Shown one piece after another: positions 39,105 to 51,700 of a stretch of DNA of 64,000 nucleotides; within the stretch, counting starts at the first letter, position 1; the number at the start of each line of letters is the position of its first letter. Both the position numbers and the translations under genes were made by a program. The notes below the pieces were generated by a model. That model searched no databases and was not told the origin of the DNA. It saw only the letters and a list, made by a program, of their open reading frames with translations. Origin of the DNA: Octopus vulgaris (Eukaryota); NCBI GenBank assembly GCA_951406725.2, contig OX597837.1, positions 23,622,001-23,686,000 on the forward strand, in the 5' to 3' direction.

Positions 39105-39490
39105 CGGAGTGGCTGTGTGGTAAGTAGCTTGCTTACTGACCACATGGTTTCGGGTTCAGTCCCACTGCGTGGCACCTTGGGCAAGTGTCTTCTACCATAA
39201 CCTCGGGCTGACCAAAGCCTTGTGAGTGGATTTGGTAGACGGAAACTGAAAGCAGCCCGTCGTATATATGTATGTATATATGTGTGTGTGTCTGTGTTTG
39301 TCCCCCCACCATCGCTTGACAACCAATGTTGGTGTGTTCACTTCCCCGTAACTTAGCAGTTCAGCAAAAGAGACCAATAGAATAAGTACTAGTCTTACAA
39401 AGAATAAGTACTGGGGTCGATTTGTTTAACTAAAGGCAGTGCTCCAGCATGGCTACAGTAAAATGACTGAAACAAATAAAAGAATAAATA
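39105..39490 (+). mobile_element. SINE family A
   Basis: Homology to other copies. Confidence 0.88.
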
Positions 39491-39494
39491 AATG

Positions 39495-39712
39495 TTTAAC
39501 TTTTTAATATTCAAACTGGCCTTATCCGGCCAAAACATTCTCTATGTTTTACGTTCAAAGCAGCCAGATACAGCCTGTCACACCTACCCTACAATGTCAT
39601 TCTAAAAATAAGCAGTCACCTTATGAAAATCTCAAAGCTAAATAATATATTTTTTCGAAACAATATGAATAAATAAGCAATACATTTGACAGAATAATCT
39701 GAATGTTAAATG
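39495..39712. mobile_element. TTAA-type MITE (second, inverted copy at 61507-61740)
   Basis: Shared tcacacctaccctacaatgtca motif in opposite orientation; TTAA at start. Confidence 0.6.
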
Positions 39713-39912
39713 AAGTTGAGTATTTTTCTGCATTTCTGAATGACTAATTTACATTGTCTGTGCTATATATACATTTTATTTACTATTTTGCAAATTACTT
39801 AATCATTATTATATGTTTTATCTTATATTTAAAATTTCTATAATATGTAATCTTTCTAAATGGTATAATTTAATTTTTCATTATTGAATTGATAAAAGGT
39901 GTTTTTTTTCTA

Positions 39913-39952
<40 letters not shown>

Positions 39953-40016
39953 TGAAATTTGATTTAGTATTTCTAAATTGAATTTTTCCCTGTAAGTTTG
40001 GAATAATAGTCCCTCA

Positions 40017-40059
<43 letters not shown>

Positions 40060-40071
40060 GGGACACAGAAC

Positions 40072-40530
40072 TCTACTTGTGAAGACCTGTTGAGGCAAGT
40101 GAAAATCCAAGTCGAATTCGATCAACATCAATGGAAATTGCAGCTGTGATATCAGTGCCAGTGGTACGTAAGAGAACCATCCAAATGTGGCCGTTGCTAG
40201 TGCCGCCCCGACTGGCCTCGTGCTGGTGGCACGTAAAAAGCACCATCTGATGATGGGCGTTGCCAGCTTCACCTGGCCCCCGTGCCACTGGCACATAAAA
40301 AGCACCATCCAATTGTGGCTGTTTGCCAGCCGCGTCTGGCAACTGTGCCGGTGGCATGTAAAACGCACCCACTACACTCACGGAGTGGTTGGCATTAGGA
40401 AGAGCATCCAGCCGTAGAAACATTGCCAGATTAGACTGGGCCTGGTGCAGCCTTCTGGCTTCCCAGACCCCAGTTGAACCATCCAACCCATGCTAGCATG
40501 GAAAGCGGATGCTAAACGATGATGATGACG
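40072..40530 (+). mobile_element. Family C copy
   Basis: Internal modules plus conserved 3' end. Confidence 0.85.
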
Positions 40531-40747
40531 ATATATATATATATATATCTAAAAGGTAAATTTCCAAAATTGGTTAATAGGGATATATATAATCTTGGCA
40601 GGTATCGTGTTTGCTGTTACTGATTAACTATGCTGGCTAACTTCAGTGAATGTAGATGAACTCTAGTTAGTTGACTTGACTTTACTTAGGAAATCCTCAC
40701 TTTGGTAAATCCAAATGTCTCTGTAGAGACTGCACAGTATCAGAGAA

Positions 40748-40895
40748 GAAATAATAAATTAATAAAAATCAAGAGAACAGAGATTAACACATCCAGGTTT
40801 TATTATATAGTTAATCACATCAAAGGAAAGATGTGATTAACTGTATAAGAAAACCTGGATGTGTAAATCTCTGTTCTCCTGATTTTTATTAATTG
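40748..40895. repeat. Fold-back palindrome
   Basis: aattaataaaaatcaagagaacagagatt..cacatccaggtttt vs aaaacctggatgtg..aatctctgttctcctgatttttattaatt. Confidence 0.85.
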
Positions 40896-40905
40896 TATAT
40901 ATGTA

Positions 40906-40948
<43 letters not shown>

Positions 40949-40959
40949 CACACACACAC

Positions 40960-40996
<37 letters not shown>

Positions 40997-41017
40997 CACA
41001 CACATACATGTATGTAT

Positions 41018-41052
<35 letters not shown>

Positions 41053-41342
41053 AAATTAATATATATGTGTGTGTGTATATACATACATATATATATGTGT
41101 GTGTGCATGTGTGTATGTATATATATATATATATACACACGCACGTATATATATATGTATATATATATACACACATACACACATATATATATACACACAC
41201 ACACGTATATATATATACATACATATTTATGTATATATATGTAAATTTAGATTTCTTTCTTGGTGGTAAGACCATAGCAGATCTACTTCTAGCATAATGG
41301 ATGTCTACATAGTAGCCATCCCTCTTATATGTATGTATATAT

Positions 41343-41411
<69 letters not shown>

Positions 41412-41713
41412 TATGTATATGTATATATACATATACACACACATATATATATGTATATATACATATACACACACATATATATATGTAAATATACATACAC
41501 ACACACATATATATATGTATGTATATATATACGCACACGCATATATATATGTTTATATATATATATTTACACACACACATATATATGTATACATACATAT
41601 ATATATATACATATGTATATATATACATATACATACACACACACACACATATATATATATACATAAATTTGTTCTTATATAGAAATATGGATTTTTGTGT
41701 CTATATAGAACCA

Positions 41714-41751
<38 letters not shown>

Positions 41752-41790
41752 CAGATACAGTATTATATATGTAGGTAGATAGATATATAA
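40896..41790. repeat. Compound (TA)/(CA)/(TG) microsatellite field
   Basis: Direct. Confidence 0.9.
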
Positions 41791-41879
41791 AATTAATAAT
41801 GACGAGGCAGTATTAATATCAAATGGCAGTTTTTTAATCTAACTTTTTATATGAATGTTGTTTTAGAACACAGATGTTT

Positions 41880-42300
41880 TGTTTTCACTGCTGTTGCAGA
41901 TTCTCAGAACTCTCTGTTGCCATCCAAGTCCATTATGAACTTGAATTGAGAGCTTGAGTGATAGTGAACCCTTCATAAGCTGATTTTCACAACCTTTGAT
42001 AACCACCCCTATGGATCCATTGCAGTTACTCTCTTGATAGAGCTTGGTGATCCTAACCTTTGATCTTCTAGGATTCCTCCACCCAATATCAGTGTAAGAA
42101 GCACTATTGGATTAATTGAGTCCTTCTGCTACCTCTTCACAATCCCTCATGCTGCAGTCCCATGATTTTTCTGTATCCCTGGCAGGGTGGCTGAAGGGTA
42201 TGTTGGCTTGCCAAAGGGCAGCCTGTAACTATGCAGGACACGTTTGTGATTCTGTGAGGTATTTCCAAAATACCTACATATCCACGGAACACAGAATACT
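41880..42300. repeat. Unclassified dispersed repeat (inverted homolog at 61930-62330)
   Basis: Shared blocks such as cagttactc.cttgatagagctt, tgtaagaagcact, ccaaagggcagcc, gaggtatt..caaaatacct. Confidence 0.7.
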
Positions 42301-43084
42301 GTGTTATTTATTCTGAGATGACCTCTCACTGACAAATGAGAATTATCTGCTACAGCTGCTGGAACTGCCAGATCAAGCGATTATGTGCAATAAATTGGTT
42401 GTACTTCTATAATTCACAAAATATTTTACCAATTTTTTAATGCAATTTCTATTTAATTCTAAAAATATAATAGGATTTTTTAAACATTGAATGCCTATGA
42501 AGGTCTACCCAAGTAAAATAAGAATCAAAGGGAGTGCCTAGGTAGAAAAATGGTTGAGAAACATTGCGTTAAAGGGTTAACTTATTTTATAATCTTACAG
42601 AGACAAAAGCCTCGTGAGTAGATTTGGTAGACAGAAAGTGAAAGAAGCCTGTTGTGTGTGTGATTAAAGCTGAACAAAATTTCACAACTTATTTGTGAAG
42701 TTTTTTCAGCTTAAACAAAATAGTATTTCACTCTACCATTGGTATTTGAGTACTGTTTTCTTTCTTTGTTCTGCATCTGTGTACTTACATGTATGTGTAT
42801 GTGCATGCATGCATGCATGTGTATCTCTTTCTGCTTGCCTTGATATTGCATGATAGCTGTAAACAAACATCAGTTAGGCAAGTGTTGTTCTTCATTCAAA
42901 ATCTTCCATGGAAACATATCCGGTAATGGGGAAATACGAAATTACTTGGAATCTGGTCAGGGTTGGTGTCAGGAAGGGCATCTAACTGAAAAATCTGCCT
43001 CAACAAAAATTCTGTCTGACCCATGATGTGAACAGGGAAAATTAGACTTTAAAAACATGATGATGGAAACAGTGACTATTAGAA

Positions 43085-43545
43085 TTGAGGCAGGAGAGAT
43101 GTGCAGTGATATACATCTGGAAAATCCTGGAGGGCCTTGTCCCAAATTTTGGCATTGAAAGTTACCCCAACAGCAGAACAGGGTGCCACTGCATGGTGCC
43201 AAAGATCCCAACATCACCATCAAAATACAGGACCAGATATTGCAACAGCTTGGGTTTCAGGGGACCACAGCTCTTCAATATCCTTCCTAAATGCCTGAGA
43301 GACCCGCATGGTGTGGATGTGGATTTCTTTAAAACTAAACTCAATCTCTTCTTGTCAGGGGTTCCAGATGAACCTACTTCTCGGCAGGAAACACAGATGC
43401 GGGCAGTGGCATCAAACTCCCTTGTTGACCAAGTGCCTCGTATCAGAGGGGGTTTCACATATTAGTGTAGCACAATCAACGGTGGTGCCCCAGCATGACT
43501 GCAGCTTTCTTGCTGAAACATTTTAAAGGATTTTAAGGATTTACT
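43085..43545 (+). pseudogene. CR1/L2-group LINE 3' end, 5'-truncated
   Basis: RQERCAVIYIWKILEGLVPN...NSLGFRGPQLFNILPKCLR...FKTKLNLFLSGVPDEP...SNSLVDQ; 3' tail ggtgccccagcatgactgcag...gctgaaac then short taaggattt-like repeats. Confidence 0.85.
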
Positions 43546-43639
43546 CATTTCATCATATATAACTTTAGATCAGTGTTCCACAATTAGTATGCCACAGCAC
43601 ACTGCTGTGCTACAATATGATGATAGGTATGTTACAGTG

Positions 43640-44090
43640 GAAGGCGGCGAGCTGGCAGAGACGTTATCACGCCGGGCGAAGTGCTTCACGGTATTTTGCC
43701 CGTCGCTACATTCTGAGTGCAAATTCCACCGAGGTCGACTTTGCCTTTCATCCTTTCGGGGTCGATAAATTAAGTACCAGTTATGCACTGGGGTCGATGT
43801 AATCGACTTAATCCGTGTGTCTGTCCTTGTTTGTCCCCTCTATGTTTAGCCCCTTGTGGGCAATAATGAAATAAGAAACGTTAGCACACCGGGCGAAATG
43901 CGTAGCCGTATTTCGTCTGCCATTACGTTCTCGGTTCAAATTCCGCCGAGGACGACTTTGGCTTTCATCCTTTCGGGGTCGATAAATTAAGTACCAGTTA
44001 CGCACTGGGGTCGATGTAATCGACTTAATCCGTGTGTCTGTCCTTGTTTGTCCTCTCTGTGTTTAGCCCCTTGTGGGTAGTAAGAAATAG
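43640..44090 (+). mobile_element. Head-to-tail dimer of SINE family B with one TSD
   Basis: Two B units (43642-43875, 43876-44090); TSD ataggtatg(t/c)tacagtg at 43623-43639 and 44087-44103. Confidence 0.88.
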
Positions 44091-44171
44091 GTATGCTACA
44101 GTGTAATCTGAATAGAATGTTTTCCCTATATTTTTAGTTCAGGTGTGCCGCCAAATTTTGTAAAGAATATA

Positions 44172-44369
44172 ACTCTTACTCTTACTTGTTTCAGTCATTT
44201 GACTGCGGCCATGCTGGAGCACTGCCTTTAGTCGGGCAAATCGACCCTGGGACTTATTCTTTGTAAGCGCAGTACTTATTCTATCAGTCTCTTTTGCCGA
44301 ACCGCTAAGTGACGGGGACGTAAACACACCAGCATCAGTTGTCAAGCAATGCTAGGGGGACAAACACAG

Positions 44370-44422
<53 letters not shown>

Positions 44423-44590
44423 TACGACAGGCTTCTTTCAGTTTCCATCTACCAAATCCACTCCCAAGGCATTGGTCGACCCGGGGCTATAGCAGAAGAC
44501 ACTTGCCCAAGATGCCACACTGTGGGACTGAACCCAGAACCATGTGGTTGGTTAGCAAGCTACTTACCACACAGCCACTCCTGCGCCTAT
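44172..44590 (-). mobile_element. SINE family A
   Basis: Homology to other copies. Confidence 0.9.
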
Positions 44591-44839
44591 AACTGTGAGG
44601 TTATCTGAAGTTATTAAGTGCATGGGAAGTGCAACAGTGAGTCTCCGGGATTTTCACAATCATTTGCCAGTGTTTATCTCATTCATATGAATTGTTTCAC
44701 TGTTAAATATAGTTTATCATAATGTGTATCTTTAGGCTATGTGGTAATGACCTTGTGTAGTGCTGTTTTGTTTAGTTCTGTATGCCTAGGAGTGAACCTA
44801 GAGCACCAATCAAGGTATTATAACATGTAAGTTTAGACA

Positions 44840-45528
44840 TACATGTATGTGTATGTGTGTGTGTCTATCTATCAGTCTATTTATCTATCTATCTATCTAT
44901 CTATTTATGTATCTTTCTGTATATATGTGTGTGTGTACCTGTCTGTGTATACATGCACACACACATATATATGTATATGTATGTATATCTGTATGTATGT
45001 ATATGTGTATGTATGTATATATACATATATATATATGTGTGTATATATGTGTGTATATATGTATATATATATATATATATATATGTGTATATATATATGC
45101 GTGTGTATGTGTATATATATATATGTATATGTGTGTATGTGTGTCATCATCATCATCATCATCATCATCATCGTTTAGCGTCCGTTTTCCATGCTAGCAT
45201 GGGTTGATATATGTATATGTGTATATATATCTATATCTATATGTGTGTATGTGTATATATATATATATCTATATGTGTGTATGTGTATATATATATATGT
45301 ATATGTGTGTATGTGTATATATATATATGTATATGTGTGTATATGTATATATATATGTATATGTGTGTATATGTATATATATATGTATATGTATGTATGT
45401 GTATATATGTATACACATATATGTATGTGTATATATATGTGTTTCTGTGTTTATATATGTGTAGGAATGCTTATGTAAGCACACACACATATAGATATAT
45501 AAATATAAGAATATATACGTATATATAC

Positions 45529-45572
<44 letters not shown>

Positions 45573-45581
45573 CATGTGTGT

Positions 45582-45623
<42 letters not shown>

Positions 45624-45800
45624 TATATATATATGTATGTATGTTCATGTGTGTAGGTATACATATGTATGTATGTTCATGTGTGTAGGTATACATATGT
45701 ATGTATGTTCATGTGTGTAAGTATACATATGTATGTATGTGCATGTGTGTAGGTATAGATATGTATGTATGTATATGTGTGTGCATATACACACATATAC
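44840..45800. repeat. Compound microsatellite field with ~30-bp subrepeats
   Basis: Direct; includes (atatgtatgtatgttcatgtgtgtaggtatac)n near 45560-45760. Confidence 0.9.
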
Positions 45801-46024
45801 CCGCCCATATTCATAGACAAACACAACATAAAGTAGATATAAATATACAATATAATTATGAGGTTAATAGTGCGGAAAATGATAATTTCCATTCCAATCT
45901 TCTTTCAAAACTTTAGCATCCTAATTTTAGGAAGCTGATTGGTCATGTGCCAACTGGATATATTGTCTGTGGAATGGTCTGGTTACTGTGAGTGTGTGAA
46001 CAGTGATGGTGTTGGCGTTAATGC

Positions 46025-46055
<31 letters not shown>

Positions 46056-47266
46056 GTTGGTACTAGTGGTTTTGGTGGTGCTGGTATTAGTATCGATAAT
46101 CAAGGTGGCATTGGTGATGCTGGTAATTCTCTGAAATAGATCCACTTTTTAAAACTCCCCCTGTACTTCTTTGATAAACATTATGACAGGATGTTCGCTA
46201 ATTCTTCAGTTTTTTTGTTTTTTTTTTTGTTTTGTTTTTTTATTCCTTTCTCTCAGTAGACCGATTCTTATTGATTTGAAGCCGACACAAAAACAATGAA
46301 ACAAAGAATTCAAGCAAATACTAACATAGTATGTTTATATCTTTGTATAATTCCAAATATAAACTACTAGTAGATTAGAAATGAAATAAAATATATGAAT
46401 CTCTTTTCTTTTTTTTTCTTGTGTGTTTTTGTGTGATATATTCATGATTACGGTGATGAACATTATCGAAATAATCCAGAAATAGCAGACACTCGATAAT
46501 AAATATTTTTATCTAGTTGCATCTTCAGTTACATCTCTCATGAAATGTTCGTCTTTGCAATAGACAGGAACTCTATTTTTAATCATGGCTGTAAGGTTAA
46601 GATGCTAGACTGCTGTCCACACACGATGGAACATTCAAACTTTACTTTCTCTGAATCAGTCTGTATTGAGCCCTGTTGTTCAAGGCATGTTGCAGTGTAT
46701 CCAACTGTCAGAAACAATACAGGAAAAAAAAGAAAGGATAGAGAATTCCACCACATGGCCATGTGGTAAGAAACTTGCTTCCCAACCACATGGTTCTTGG
46801 TTTCTACAGCTGGATGCTCTTCATAACAACAACCACTTTACTGACTGTACTGAGGTGTACTGGGTGCTTTTATTGTAGAACCAATGCTAGTGAGACTACT
46901 TTGTAACTTACACAGCTAAAAATTTCTTTCAAGTGTATAATAAATTTTAATTAATTTTGAAAATAATGAAGAATGTAATCAAATAATTTTGTCGTTATGC
47001 TAATGTTTGGAGAATAAATTAGTATGAAATTTTGATTGTACATTTTTAATTAGATCACTTTAAATCAAGAAGTTAATATTATTGAACCAGAGGTGGTATG
47101 AAAAACAAGTTGGTATCTGAAAGACTTTAATCTGTGATGCACAATGAAATCAGAAATGATGGAGAACTTCTCATGTATACTTTAAAGTGACAGTTGTGGG
47201 GTTATAAGTGAGGAAAACATTTGATTGATTTTCTTTTTAATGGTAATGGAGAAAAGTATTTTACCA

Positions 47267-47421
47267 CGTGGTAAGTAGCTTGCTAACCAACCACATGGTT
47301 CCGGGTTCAGTCCCACTGCGTGGCTCCTTGGGCAAGTGTCTTCTACTATAGCCTCAGGCCAACCAAAGTCTTGTGAGTGGATTTGGTAGACGGAAACTGA
47401 AAGAAGCCCGTCGTATAGATG

Positions 47422-47454
<33 letters not shown>

Positions 47455-47657
47455 TTGTGTGTCTGTGTTTGTCCCCCTAGCATTGCTTGACAACTGATGC
47501 TGGTGTGTTTATGTCCCCGTCACTTAGCGGTTCGGCAAAAGAGACCGATAGAATAAGTACTGGGCTTACAAAGAATAAGTGCCGGGGTCGAGTTGCTTGA
47601 TTAAAGGCGGTGCTCCAGCATGGCCGCAGTCAAATGACTGAAACAAGTAAGAGTAAG
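47267..47657 (+). mobile_element. SINE family A (slightly 5'-truncated)
   Basis: Homology to other copies. Confidence 0.9.
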
Positions 47658-47880
47658 GGTGTTTGGGGTAAATTTCATGATTTTTTTATGCCATCGTTTT
47701 GGGGAATAGCTCAATATAATGCTGAACAGTTGATGGTGTTGAAGAGCATAACGATTAAAGTTGTAGTTGAGAAAAAGTTAACTGATATGGAGGACTAGAA
47801 GCTATCTGAAGACTAGAAAAGAATCATCTGTATCATGATGATTTGTACCAGGTAAAAAATGCTTACATCATGACTACTGC

Positions 47881-48701
47881 TTAACCATTTCATTACTGTA
47901 TTTATTTTGAGATGCTCTGTGTTTCTTTCAATTAATTTTAAATATAACAAAGAATTTAGTAAAATAACTTAGTTATCATTAAGCTAATGTTAAGGACATA
48001 AATTGTGACTAAGGTTTGGTGGAAGATTTTAATTCAGAACTTTTGAAAACAAGACATTAGTACTACAGAGCCAGAGGTGGTTTCAGGTGGGTTGGTATCA
48101 AAATGGTTAAGTCAGGAAGAACTAGCAGTGGCCCAAGGTGTCTTCATATTTATGTATCGTTCATTTTTACATCTGTTTTAACACTTTTGTTACCATATTT
48201 CTGTTGAGAGACTGTGTTTCTTTCAATTAATTTTAAATGTAACAAAGAATTTAGTAAAATAACTTATTTATCATTAAGCTAGTGTTAGGACATAAATTGT
48301 GACTAAGGTTTGGTGGAAGATTTTAATTCAAAACTTATGAAAACAAAACATTTGTACTACAGAGCCACAGAGGTGGTTTCAGGTGGGTTGGTATCAAAAT
48401 GGTTAAGACAGGAAGAACCAGCAGTGGCCCAAGGTGTCTTCATATTTATGTATCATTCATTTTTACATCTGTTTTAACACTTTTGTTACCATATTTCTGT
48501 TGAGAGACTGTGTTTCTTTCAATTAATTTTAAATGTAACAAAGAATTTAGTAAAGTAACTTAGTTCTCATTAAGCTAGTGTTAGGAATATAAATTGTGAC
48601 AAAGGTTTGGTGGAAGATTTTAATTCAAAACTTATGAAAACAAAACATTTGTACTACAGAGCCACAGACGGTTTCAGCCGGGTTGGTATTGAAAGGGTTA
48701 A
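47881..48701. mobile_element. Three tandem TTAA-flanked MITE copies (~230 bp) with ~70-bp spacers
   Basis: ttaaccattt...aaatggttaa (47881-48110), repeated at ~48178-48406 and ~48474-48701. Confidence 0.8.
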
Positions 48702-51700
48702 TGCTCTGTGAATGCTGTAAAAGCTGTAAGATGGGACACAGGCAGTTGCAACAGAGACCACAAGTCTGCAGCCAGCAGGAAGGGATTCTGACAATGTCTG
48801 CACACGGGAATTTGGCTCCACGCCTTTGAACAGGGCCTTATGCTCAATTCAGATGACTATGTGAAGCTGCTGGAGACTGTGGTCAGTCAGTCCTTGGCTG
48901 GTGAGGGTTGCTGTTGGAAGGTAATGTTTTGCAGCTGGATTTGACTCCTTTGCCATACCTTCAAAAAGAATCAGAAGGATTTGACTCCTTTGCCATTCCT
49001 TCAGAAAGAATCAGAAGGATTTGACTCCTTTGCCATACCTTCAAAAAGAATCAGAAGGATTTGACTCCTTTGCCATTCCTTCAGAAAGAATCAGAAGGAT
49101 TTGACTCCTTTGCCATTCCTTCAGAAAGAATCAGAAGGATTTGACTCCTTTGCCATTCCTTCAGAAAGAGTCAGAAGGATTTGACTCCTTTGCCATACCT
49201 TCAAAAAGAGTCAGAAGGATTTGACTCCTTTGCCATACCTTCAAAAAGAGTCAGAAGGATTTGACTCCTTTGCCATTCCTTCAAAAAGAGTCAGAAGGAT
49301 TTGACTCCTTTGCCATACCTTCAAAAAGAGTCAGAAGGATTTGACTCCTTTGCCATACCTTCAAAAAGAGTCAGAAGGATTTGACTCCTTTGCCATACCT
49401 TCAGAAAGAGTCAGAAGGATTTGACTGCTTTGTCATACCTTCAAAAAGAGTCAGAAGGATTTGACTCCTTTGCCATACCTTCAAAAAGAGTCAGAAGGAT
49501 TTGACTCCTTTGCCATACCTACAGAAAGAATCAGAAGGATTTGACTCCTTTGCCATACCTTACAGAAAGAATCAGAAGGATTTGACTCCTTTGCCATTCC
49601 TTCAGAAAGAATCAGAAGGATTTGACTCCTTTGCCATTCCTTCAAAAAGAGTCAGAAGGATTTGACTCCTTTGCCATACCTTCAAAAAGAGTCAGAAGGA
49701 TTTGACTCCTTTGCCATTCCTTCAAAAGAGTCAGAAGGATTTGACTCCTTTGCCATACCTTCAAAAAGAGTCAGAAGGATTTGACTCCTTTGCCATTCCT
49801 TCAAAAAGAGTCAGAAGGATTTGACTCCTTTGCCATTCCTTCAGAAAGAGTCAGAAGGATTTGACTCCTTTGCCATACCTTCAGGAAGAGTCAGAAGGAT
49901 TTGACTCCTTTGCCATACCTTCAAAAAGAGTCAGAAGTATTTGACTCCTTTGCCATACCTTCAGAAAGAGTCAGAAGGATTTGACTCCTTTGCCATACCT
50001 TCAGGAAGAATCAGAAGGATTTGACTCCTTTGCCATGCCTTCAGAAAGAATCAGAAGGATTTGACTCCTTTGCCATTCCTTCAGAAAGAGTCAGAAGGAT
50101 TTGACTCCTTTGCCATACCTTCAAAAAGAGTCAGAAGGATTTGACTCCTTTGCCATACCTACAGAAAGAATCAGAAGGATTTGACTCCTTTGCCATTCCT
50201 TCAGAAAGAATCAGAAGGATTTGACTCCTTTGCCATTCCTTCAGAAAGAGTCAGAAGGATTTGTCTCCTTTGCCATACCTTCAAAAAGAGTCAGAAGGAT
50301 TTGACTCCTTTGTCATACCTTCAAAAAGAGTCAGAAGGATTTGACTCCTTTGCCATTCCTTCAAAAAGAGTCAGAAGGATTTGACTCCTTTGCCATACCT
50401 TCAGAAAGAGTCAGAAAGATTTGACTCCTTTGCCATACCTTCAAAAAGATACCTTCAAAAAGAGTCAGAAGGATTTGACTCCTTTGCCATACCTTCAAAA
50501 GAGTCAGAAGGATTTGACTCCTTTGCCATTCCTTCAGAAAGAATCAGAAGGATTTGACTCCTTTGCCATACCTTCAAAAAGAATCAGAAGGATTTGACTC
50601 CTTTGCCATTCCTTCAAAAAGAATCAGAAGGATTTGACTCCTTTGCCATTCCTTCAGAAAGAATCAGAAGGATTTGACTCCTTTGCCATACCTTCAGAAA
50701 GAGTCAGAAGGATTTGACTCCTTTGCCATTACCTTAAAGAATCAGAAGGATTTGACTCCTTTGCCATACCTTCAAAAAGAGTCAGAAGGATTTGACTCCT
50801 TTGCCATACCTTCAGAAAGAGTCAGAAGGATTTGACTCCTTTGCCATACCTTTCAAAGTTTGACTCCTTTGCCATACTTCAGAAGATCAGAAGGATTTGA
50901 CTCCTTTGCCATAAAAGAGTCAGAAGGATTTGACTCCTTTGCCATTACCTTCAGAAGGATTTGACTCTTTGCATACCTTAAAGAGTCAGAAGGATTTGAC
51001 TCCTTTGCCATACCTTCAGAAAGAGTCAGAAGGATTTGACTCCTTTGCCATACCTTCAAAAAGAGTCAGAAGGATTTGACTCCTTTGCCATACCTTCAGA
51101 AAGTCAGAAGGATTTGACTCCTTTGCCATACCTTCAAAGAAGAGTCAGAAGGATTTGACTCCTTTGCCATACCTTCTTTCAGAAGGATTTGACTCCTTTG
51201 CCATTCCTTCAGAAAGAATCAGAAGGATTTGACTCCTTTGCCATACCTTCAGAAGAGTCAGAAGGATTTGACTCCTTTGCACTTCAAAGATCAGAAGGAT
51301 TTGACTCCTTTGCCATACCTTCAGGAAGAGTCAGAATGATTTGACTCCTTTGCCATACCTTCAGGAAGAGTCAGAAGGATTTGACTCCTTTGCCATTCCT
51401 TCAGAAAGAGTCAGAAGGATTTGACTCCTTTGCCATACCTTCAGAAAGAGTCAGAAGGATTTGACTCCTTTGCCATACCTCGAAGATCAGAAGGTTTGAC
51501 TCCTTTGCCATACCTTCAGGAAGAGTCAGAAGGATTTGACTCCTTTGCCATTCCTTCAGAAAGAATCAGAAGGATTTGACTCCTTTGCCATACCTTCAGG
51601 AAGAGTCAGAAGGATTTGACTCCTTTGCCATACCTTCAGGAAGAGTCAGAAGGATTTGACTCCTTTGCCATACCTTCAAAAAGACTCGGAAGGATTTGAC

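Noticed and set aside
45927-46145. T/N-rich ORF (and similar at 3003-3242, 63452-63715)
   Set aside because: Low-complexity trinucleotide-rich sequence with no other coding evidence.
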